Assembly: GCA_038216175.1 (NCBI GenBank)
Contig: JBBQQG010000008.1
Location: 3,632-27,631 of the forward strand
DNA length: 24,000 nucleotides
Reading direction: 5' to 3'
From: Candidatus Saccharimonadales bacterium
Lineage (GTDB): Bacteria > Patescibacteriota > Saccharimonadia > Saccharimonadales > OMJO01
Shown piece by piece: positions 16,289 through 23,081 of the stretch. Below the pieces are notes generated by a model, which had not been told where the DNA came from, did no database searches, and was given only the letters and a program-made list of their open reading frames with translations. The number at the start of each line of letters is the position of its first letter. Position 1 is the first letter of the stretch. A program made the translations under genes and the position numbers.

Positions 16289-17575
16289 ATGAAACATATA
16301 GTAAGTGAAGTAAGTTTAAAAAATGGCGCCAAAGGTTTGTTTATACATGTTCCAGACGCAAGTGTAATGACATTTGAAATTAATTTTAGGGCCGGAGAAT
16401 ATCTTGTTCAAAGAGAAAAATGGGAAACTCCACACTTGATGGAACATGTTCTTCTAGGAGCAAATCAATTAATCCCCAAGGCACGAGCATTTCAAGCCGA
16501 ATTCGAAAAAAATGGCGCCTATTGCAATGCAAGCACAGGAACTTACGATATTATTTATGAAGCTGAGTGTGCAGATTTTGAATGGGATAGGATTGCCGAT
16601 TTGCTGCTCACAGCTATTACTAAACCATTATTCTTAGAAGAAGAATTCGTGGCAGAATTTGGAAATGTCCGCGAGGAATTAACCGCTAGATCAAACAATC
16701 ATTTTCGTCATTTAAGTCTAGCACTGCGATCAGCTTATGGCTTTAAAGTCTTGACTGATCAGACAAGACTGGATCTAATGGAAAATGTTACTTTATCAGA
16801 TATCAAATTTCATTATGAGTCGACACATTCTACTAAGAATCTGAGATTTGTCTTAGCTGGTCAGCTGCCGTTATCTCGGCGCAAACTAGTTGAAGGTTTA
16901 ATTGAGAATATAGAGTTGCCTATAGGTAATAAGAGAATTGAGTTGCCGACCGAAAAGCCAAAATCTATAAAAAAGCCGCTATATATAAACAACGAGACTG
17001 TTAAAAATTTATATTTTTATTTAGATACTTTTTTATTAAGAAAAATGGCTGAAACTGAATATGACGCATTAGGTTTGATTAATTCGATGTTAACCGAAAC
17101 GCTATATTCGAGAATTCTTGGAACAGCCAGAGAACGCGGTCTAGTTTACAGTATGAGTTCTGGTATTGGACAGGCTAAAGACAGTAGCAATTGGTGGTTT
17201 GGATCACAGATAATGCCGAAAAATGCAGTCGCACTGTTCGAAATTATACGCACCGAGCTTAACGCAGTGTTTGAAGCCAATATTTTAGAATCCGATATAG
17301 CAGCCGCAAAACAGTACTCGTTAGGTAGATTTCAAAGAAGCGGGCAAACCGTTAGCGGTGTTGCAGCCGGATATAGTTCAAGATATTTTTTTGATGGGGA
17401 AATAGACGATTATTACAAAGTTCCTGAAAGAATTTCGGCAATAACTAAAGATTCCGTAGTTAAAGTAGCCAGATCAATGTTTACCGACAAAGTTTTCGGG
17501 TTGGGGGTTCTTGGTAACTGCGGCGAAGTGTTTGCGAACGATCTTCAAAAGCACATAAATACTCTTTGGCAATAA
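16289..17575 (+). CDS. M16 (pitrilysin/insulinase) family zinc peptidase
   Basis: Inverted zinc-binding motif HxxEH (HLMEH) near the N-terminus. The length (428 aa) and two-lobe layout are typical of bacterial M16B peptidases. Confidence 0.8.
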   Translation: MKHIVSEVSLKNGAKGLFIHVPDASVMTFEINFRAGEYLVQREKWETPHLMEHVLLGANQLIPKARAFQAEFEKNGAYCNASTGTYDIIYEAECADFEWDRIADLLLTAITKPLFLEEEFVAEFGNVREELTARSNNHFRHLSLALRSAYGFKVLTDQTRLDLMENVTLSDIKFHYESTHSTKNLRFVLAGQLPLSRRKLVEGLIENIELPIGNKRIELPTEKPKSIKKPLYINNETVKNLYFYLDTFLLRKMAETEYDALGLINSMLTETLYSRILGTARERGLVYSMSSGIGQAKDSSNWWFGSQIMPKNAVALFEIIRTELNAVFEANILESDIAAAKQYSLGRFQRSGQTVSGVAAGYSSRYFFDGEIDDYYKVPERISAITKDSVVKVARSMFTDKVFGLGVLGNCGEVFANDLQKHINTLWQ

Positions 17576-17606
17576 GTATACAGAAGCACGACTCCTGTAT
17601 ACTTAT
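17572..17606. repeat. 12-bp perfect inverted repeat (ATAAGTATACAG-11 nt-CTGTATACTTAT) spanning the M16 stop codon and the putative prfB -10
   Basis: The arms 17572-17583 and 17595-17606 are exact reverse complements, checked base by base. The loop is 11 nt. The right arm contains TATACT (17598-17603), 8 nt upstream of the prfB ATG. Confidence 0.6.
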
Positions 17607-17611
17607 CAATA

Positions 17612-18703
17612 ATGGAAGAAGTTACAAAGCAATATGACCAGTTATTAGCTGAAATAAAAGATGTTTCTGATAAATTAATGTTGAGTCAACTTAAACGCGA
17701 ATATGAAGAACTCACAAGAGAAAGTCAGGATGATGGATTTTGGAATAATTCTCAAACTGCTCAATCTAAAATGAAACGCTTAAGTATTTTAGAGTTACGT
17801 ATATCACCATGGCAACAGCTTAGTCAGAACTTGGCTGAGTTAAATGAACTGATTGAATTAAATGACGAAAGTCTAATAACTGATTTAGAGACACAACTCA
17901 TTAAGTTATCGACTAAAACAGGCGAGCTTAAAAAAATGCTTAAATTCGTAGGTCCATTTGACGATCATGATGCTATTGTTGGCATTCACGCAGGTGCGGG
18001 TGGCACTGATGCACAAGACTGGGCACAGATGCTTCAAAGAATGTATATCCGATATGCAGAATCAAATAAAATGAAAGTCAAATTAGTTCAAGAATCAATT
18101 GGTGAAGAAGCTGGAATTAAAAGTGTAACATTTGAAATCATAGGTGAATCGGCTTATGGGCATTTAAAAGGCGAACATGGTATACATAGATTAGTCAGAC
18201 TTAGTCCATATAATTCAGATAATCTCCGTCAAACAAGTTTTGCAAAAGTCGAAATAATGCCAAAAATAGATCAGCCTAATGAAATAGAAATTGACGAAAA
18301 AGACTTAAAGATAGATGTTTACAGAAGCGGTGGGCATGGTGGGCAAAGCGTTAATACGACAGATTCAGCTGTCAGAGTAACCCACCTACCAACCGGTATA
18401 GTAGTAGCAATACAAAACGAACGTAGCCAGCTTCAGAATAAAGAAACTGCGATGACGATTATCAGATCTAAATTAGCACAATTAAAGCTCGAGCAACACC
18501 AAGATAATCTTCGTCAATTAAAGGGGCCGAATGAGCAAGCTGCTTGGGGTAATCAAATTAGAAGTTACGTACTTCATCCGTATAAGCAGGTAAAAGATCT
18601 TCGTACAAAATATGAAAGTAGCGATGTAGAAAGTGTTTTAAATGGCGATTTGGACGCGTTAATAGAGGCTTACGAGGAGTTCACGCTAGAACACCCTAAC
18701 TGA
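17612..18703 (+). CDS. prfB: Peptide chain release factor 2, encoded in one continuous frame
   Basis: GGQ motif (SGGHGGQSVN, aa 243-245). The RF2-type recognition loop HRLVRLSPYNS...RQTSFAKVE aligns with E. coli HRLVRKSPFDS...RHTSF. The N-terminal region aligns across the usual frameshift site without interruption. Confidence 0.9.
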   Translation: MEEVTKQYDQLLAEIKDVSDKLMLSQLKREYEELTRESQDDGFWNNSQTAQSKMKRLSILELRISPWQQLSQNLAELNELIELNDESLITDLETQLIKLSTKTGELKKMLKFVGPFDDHDAIVGIHAGAGGTDAQDWAQMLQRMYIRYAESNKMKVKLVQESIGEEAGIKSVTFEIIGESAYGHLKGEHGIHRLVRLSPYNSDNLRQTSFAKVEIMPKIDQPNEIEIDEKDLKIDVYRSGGHGGQSVNTTDSAVRVTHLPTGIVVAIQNERSQLQNKETAMTIIRSKLAQLKLEQHQDNLRQLKGPNEQAAWGNQIRSYVLHPYKQVKDLRTKYESSDVESVLNGDLDALIEAYEEFTLEHPN

Positions 18704-18712
18704 TACTTAATT

Positions 18713-18721
18713 TGCTATAAT
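18713..18721 (+). promoter_or_regulatory. Extended -10 element TGcTATAAT, 7 nt upstream of the ftsE ATG (predicts a leaderless mRNA)
   Basis: Exact TGnTATAAT match, with 7 nt (AGAGCTA) separating the hexamer from ATG 18729. No SD is present. Confidence 0.4.
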
Positions 18722-18728
18722 AGAGCTA

Positions 18729-19424
18729 ATGATTTTGTTTGACAGGGTAAGTAAAGTATATTCTCGAACCGGTAATGCTCTCGATCGTATCAGCTTACAC
18801 GTAGAACCTAAAGAATTTGTGATTATAGTGGGAAAAAGCGGTGCCGGTAAGTCGACATTGCTAAAACTACTTACTCGTGAAGAGCGTCCTACGAGCGGTA
18901 AGATAGTTGTCGGTGGACTGGATTATGATAAGTTGAAAGACCGAGACATACCATTAATTAGAAGAAAAATCGGCGTAGTATTTCAAGATTTTAAGCTCTT
19001 ACCTAATAAAAATGTTTTTGAAAATGTAGCATTCGCATTAGAAATTGTAGGTTATGGCAATAGGGAAATACAGCATACAGTTCCTAGAGTACTTGAAATA
19101 GTTGGATTAAAGGGCAAAGAAAAAAATATGCCGCTTCAGCTTTCTGGTGGCGAAAGGCAAAGAGTCGCAATAGCCAGAGCTATTGTTCGACAGCCGAAAA
19201 TACTTATTGCTGACGAACCAACTGGAAACCTCGATCCTAAACATGCTTGGGATATAATAAAGATCCTTGAAAAGATTAATCGATATGGAACGACAGTACT
19301 TTTAACTACTCACAATCAAGATATCGTAAATCGTTTAAAAAGGCGCGTGATTACAATAGATGACGGAAAAGTTTCTAGCGACAGAGCAAATGCCGAGTAT
19401 CATCAACGGAGTGATCAGAAGTGA
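18729..19424 (+). CDS. ftsE: Cell division ABC ATP-binding protein FtsE
   Basis: Walker A GKSGAGKST, signature LSGGERQRVAIARA and Walker B LIADEPTGNLDP. It is immediately followed by, and overlaps (GTGA), an ftsX gene. Confidence 0.9.
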   Translation: MILFDRVSKVYSRTGNALDRISLHVEPKEFVIIVGKSGAGKSTLLKLLTREERPTSGKIVVGGLDYDKLKDRDIPLIRRKIGVVFQDFKLLPNKNVFENVAFALEIVGYGNREIQHTVPRVLEIVGLKGKEKNMPLQLSGGERQRVAIARAIVRQPKILIADEPTGNLDPKHAWDIIKILEKINRYGTTVLLTTHNQDIVNRLKRRVITIDDGKVSSDRANAEYHQRSDQK

Positions 19425-20365
19425 GTCGTAAGCTAATTACTTTTTGGCGAATAATAAAAGCCGGACTACAAAATTTTTTAAGAAACGCAACACTTGCAAT
19501 CGCGGCTATCGCGGTTATGGTCATCACTCTTACCATAGTTCTATTTTCAGTAATAGCTAATGCAACTTTTGCCAATACCGTCCAGCAGATCACTGACAAA
19601 ATCGATGTGTCAGTTTATTTGAAAGACAGCGTTACTGCAGATCAAAAAAATAAACTTATTACAGATGTATCCGGCCTAGGTAATGTTAAATCAGTAAATT
19701 ATATTTCTAAAGAGGATGCGCTTGCATTGTATAAACAACAAAACCAGAGTAATTTAGATCTATTGCTTGCTATTTCTCAAACTGATAATCCGCTACCAGC
19801 CAGCTTGTTGATAAAACCAAGAGATCCTAATAAGATCGACCAAATAAAAAACTTCTTAGAAAAACCAGATGTAAAAGCTTTTCAGTCAGACCAAACATCT
19901 TATTCCGGTGATCGGAAAGACGCGATTGATAAAATATCTAAGGCTACAAAATTGTTTCGAGAAATTGGTATAGTCGGAGTTATTATTTTTATGCTCGTAT
20001 CGATGCTAATAATCTTTAATACTATTAGGATGGCAATATTTAATAGAAGAGATGAGCTGACGATTATGAGGTTGCTCGGCGCTAGCTCATGGTATATAAG
20101 AGGTCCGTTTATAGTTGAGACTGTATTATACGGAGTAATATCTGCAATTATTTCGGTAACTCTTTGTAATACGCTATTTGTTGTATCATCGTCTGCTTTT
20201 GATGCAAGCAGTCTTGGGATACTAGATATTAAATATTCGAATAATTATTTCGCAACACATTTTTGGATTATATTGGCGGTTCAACTATCAATAGGTATAA
20301 TAATAGGAGCCGCATCATCCCTAATTGCAACGCGGCGATACCTCAAATTTAAGACAAGCAAATAA
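19421..20365 (+). CDS. ftsX: Cell division permease-like protein FtsX
   Basis: N-terminal ...GLQNFLRNATLAIAAIAVMVITL is typical of FtsX. An extracytoplasmic loop domain of about 110 aa and three C-terminal TM helices follow. GTG start overlaps the ftsE stop. Confidence 0.88.
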   Translation: MSRKLITFWRIIKAGLQNFLRNATLAIAAIAVMVITLTIVLFSVIANATFANTVQQITDKIDVSVYLKDSVTADQKNKLITDVSGLGNVKSVNYISKEDALALYKQQNQSNLDLLLAISQTDNPLPASLLIKPRDPNKIDQIKNFLEKPDVKAFQSDQTSYSGDRKDAIDKISKATKLFREIGIVGVIIFMLVSMLIIFNTIRMAIFNRRDELTIMRLLGASSWYIRGPFIVETVLYGVISAIISVTLCNTLFVVSSSAFDASSLGILDIKYSNNYFATHFWIILAVQLSIGIIIGAASSLIATRRYLKFKTSK

Positions 20366-20413
20366 ATATTATTTAATATTCAATAATTAAACCGATCAAG
20401 GTGGTATTTACGT

Positions 20414-21673
20414 TTGACACAAGCATTGAAAATCGTTGTATGGTGTGTTAATATAATTAAGGTAATTGCAAACAAAAAAATGCAAACAAAAATTGGCAAC
20501 ACCATTTCTTATAAGCGTACATTTTCTACACTAGCTTTAGCTGGTGTTTTGTCTGCTGGTTTTTTGCTAGCCCCTTATGTTAAAGCAGACAGTTTCGACC
20601 AACAGATTCAGTCGCTTAAATCGCAAAATACTCAAACACAGGTACAAGTAAATCAACTTCAGGCACAAGCTAAGAGCTATCAGGATGTCATAACCGGACT
20701 GCAAAGCCAGATTGCTGCCACAACTGCTCAAATTAACGCAAATCAGGCGAAAAGCAATGATTTGCAAAACCAAATTACGGCTGCAAAGATCGAACTAGAC
20801 AAACAGAAAAAACTTCTCGGCGATGATATCAAACAAATGTACGAAGAAGGCCAGATATCAACTCTGGAAATGTTGGCATCAAGTAAAAATTTAAGCGAGT
20901 TTTTTGATAAACAGCAATATAGAACTTCAGTTCAGAAAAAAATAAAAGACACTTTGGATAAAATAACTGCCTTAAAAATCCAGTTAAAGAATCAAAAAGA
21001 CGAAGTAGATCAATTGTTAAAAGATGAGCAGGCTATGCAGGACCAGCTAAATGCTGATCAGGCAAAAGAAAGCGGTCTATTATCATATACCGAAGATCAA
21101 AAGAATCAGTTTACCAAGCAGATTCAGGTAAATAATGCTCAAATCACTCAATTACGGGCACAACAGGCAGCAGCAGAGCGAGCTGCGTTTGCCGGATCGA
21201 CAAGTACTAGCGGTGGTATTATTAGCTACCGAGCTCTTACAGGCCAACAGCTGTGTGGCGGCGACTACAATTTCCACTGCGCCGATATTCAAGATAATTA
21301 CACTGACTATTGGGGGCTATGGAATCGAGAGTGCGTATCATATACTGCATGGTACGAGGGTACAATTTTAAATAAAAGTATTCCCTGGCATTTCTTCGCT
21401 GGAGTTGGTAATGCAAACCAGTGGGAAGGCGATTTACTAAGAAACCCGTCTGTAGGCAGTGTTGTCTATCCGAGTGAAAACCCATCGACATCGTCGCTAG
21501 TTGGAGATGTAGTCTATATGCCGATTGGCGTATTAGGGCATGTTGGAGTAGTACTTGGAGATCTTGGTAACGGCTGGTTAAGAGTCGGCCAGTATAATAT
21601 CTACGACCAGGGACGTTATAGTGAAATGGACCTACAGATTACGCACAATCTTGTATTTTTCCACTTTAATTAG
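20414..21673 (+). CDS. Secreted coiled-coil + CHAP-domain peptidoglycan hydrolase (PcsB-like)
   Basis: Signal-peptide-like segment (KRTFSTLALAGVLSAGFLLAPYVKA/DS). A Q-rich heptad/coiled-coil region of about 200 aa follows. The C-terminal CHAP signature has a catalytic Cys (NRECVSYTAWY), GNANQW and a His (GHVGVVLG). The start is ambiguous: TTG 20414 (GGTGG SD 9 nt upstream) or ATG 20480. Confidence 0.82.
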   Translation: MTQALKIVVWCVNIIKVIANKKMQTKIGNTISYKRTFSTLALAGVLSAGFLLAPYVKADSFDQQIQSLKSQNTQTQVQVNQLQAQAKSYQDVITGLQSQIAATTAQINANQAKSNDLQNQITAAKIELDKQKKLLGDDIKQMYEEGQISTLEMLASSKNLSEFFDKQQYRTSVQKKIKDTLDKITALKIQLKNQKDEVDQLLKDEQAMQDQLNADQAKESGLLSYTEDQKNQFTKQIQVNNAQITQLRAQQAAAERAAFAGSTSTSGGIISYRALTGQQLCGGDYNFHCADIQDNYTDYWGLWNRECVSYTAWYEGTILNKSIPWHFFAGVGNANQWEGDLLRNPSVGSVVYPSENPSTSSLVGDVVYMPIGVLGHVGVVLGDLGNGWLRVGQYNIYDQGRYSEMDLQITHNLVFFHFN

Positions 21674-21720
21674 AATCTAATTTTATTAATTATTTTAAGT
21701 TCAAGCTTTAAGTATTTATA

Positions 21721-21729
21721 TGCGATAAT
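21721..21729 (+). promoter_or_regulatory. Extended -10-like element TGcGATAAT upstream of the S41 peptidase gene
   Basis: TGnGATAAT lies 36 nt upstream of the TTG start. The leader carries GGAGG at 21756-21760. Pattern only. Confidence 0.3.
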
Positions 21730-21764
21730 GGATTAGTATTTTTGAAAGTCAAACCGGAGGAATA

Positions 21765-22982
21765 TTGAATAATCCATTATTATTTATTGCAAAATATAAA
21801 AGGCAATTATTAAAAAACTTATCAATTGTAATAGTTGTCTCAGGAATTTTTTTTCTAGGGTGGGGAATTGGCAACGGTCGTATTAATATTGGGCCCGATG
21901 CAGTTTTTCGAAAATCAACCCAGAAAAACCTGCCATCAAAACTAGACTATTCTTCAGCAGATAAAGTATATAATACTCTTAAAGCTGATTTTGATGGAAC
22001 TTTAGACCCAGCAAAACTTCAAGACGGCATTAATGAGGGGATTGCCAAAGCGACCGGTGATCCTTATACCGAATACTTTAATCCTACTGATGCTAAACAA
22101 TTTAATAGCGACCTTAACGGAACTTTTACAGGTATAGGTGCAGAGCTAAGTAAAAATAATACGGATATAGTAATAATTTCTCCAATAAGCGGATTTCCTG
22201 CCGACAAAGCAGGACTTAAGCCTAAAGACATTATCGCAGAGATTGATGGTAAGAGCGCTTATGATATTTCAATAACTGACGCAGTCAGTAAAATTAGAGG
22301 TCCAGAAGGTACGGACGTAAAACTTAAAATAGTCCGAAATACCAGTCAGATCATTGATCTGACAATTACCCGTCAGAAGATTACAATTCCTAGTGTAGAT
22401 TCAAAAATTTTAGATGGCAATCTAGGTTATATAAAAATAAGTAGATTTTCTGAAGATACTAATACTTTGGCTAAACAAGCAGCTGACAAATTTAAGTCAG
22501 CAAATGTAAAAGGGATTATATTAGATGTTAGAGGTGATCCAGGGGGACTTCTCGATGCTGCAGTAGGTGTTTCTGGTCTTTGGTTGCCAGAAGGTAAAAC
22601 TGTGCTGTCAGAACGTAGGAGCGGTATTATTGTTCGGAGCTATTTGTCACAGGGACCGGGTGAACTCTCAGGGATACCAACAGTTGTGTTAATCAATGAA
22701 GGTAGTGCCAGTGCTAGCGAAATAACGGCGGGCGCACTTAAGGATAATAATGCGGCAACATTAACAGGCTTAAAGAGCTATGGCAAAGGCAGTGTTCAGC
22801 AGATCGAACAACTTCCCGGAGGAGCAATGTTAAAAGTGACGATAGCTAGGTGGTATACTCCAGCCGGTAAAAATATAGACAAAGCAGGTATTAATCCTGA
22901 TAAGGTGATTAAAATTAGCGACGATGATATTAAAAATAATAAAGATCCGCAGTTAGATTCAGCGATTAACCAACTCAAATAA
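21765..22982 (+). CDS. S41 family C-terminal processing (tail-specific) peptidase, CtpA-like, with a PDZ domain
   Basis: N-terminal TM anchor. FTGIGAEL plus a PDZ domain (GFPADKAGLKPKDIIAEIDG). ILDVRGDPGGLL, the catalytic Ser region LINEGSASASEI and the Lys region YGKGSVQ are present. TTG start with a strong GGAGG SD 4 nt upstream. Confidence 0.88.
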   Translation: MNNPLLFIAKYKRQLLKNLSIVIVVSGIFFLGWGIGNGRINIGPDAVFRKSTQKNLPSKLDYSSADKVYNTLKADFDGTLDPAKLQDGINEGIAKATGDPYTEYFNPTDAKQFNSDLNGTFTGIGAELSKNNTDIVIISPISGFPADKAGLKPKDIIAEIDGKSAYDISITDAVSKIRGPEGTDVKLKIVRNTSQIIDLTITRQKITIPSVDSKILDGNLGYIKISRFSEDTNTLAKQAADKFKSANVKGIILDVRGDPGGLLDAAVGVSGLWLPEGKTVLSERRSGIIVRSYLSQGPGELSGIPTVVLINEGSASASEITAGALKDNNAATLTGLKSYGKGSVQQIEQLPGGAMLKVTIARWYTPAGKNIDKAGINPDKVIKISDDDIKNNKDPQLDSAINQLK

Positions 22983-23081
22983 CGGGAACAAATTACAGAA
23001 GTAATTGTGGTATTTTAGACGCTTGTGCAAATATTAACTGTAGGGTAGTATCTAAACAGTAAATATAAGAGGTGTGTATTA

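Noticed and set aside
21135-21491. Two overlapping ORFs (21135-21371 on the + strand in another frame, 21237-21491 on the - strand) within the CHAP hydrolase gene.
   Set aside because: They overlap the well-supported CHAP-domain coding frame and have no motifs or start signals. They were rejected as frame artefacts.
22988-23017. Possible intrinsic terminator after the S41 peptidase gene: ACAAATTAC-AGAA-GTAATTGT hairpin followed by GGTATTTTA.
   Set aside because: The stem is 8 bp with a bulge and only two G-C pairs, and the T-tract is short and interrupted. In AT-rich DNA such weak hairpins arise easily. A similarly weak A/T hairpin after hpf (ACTTTT...AAAAGT, about 13563-13581) was rejected for the same reason.
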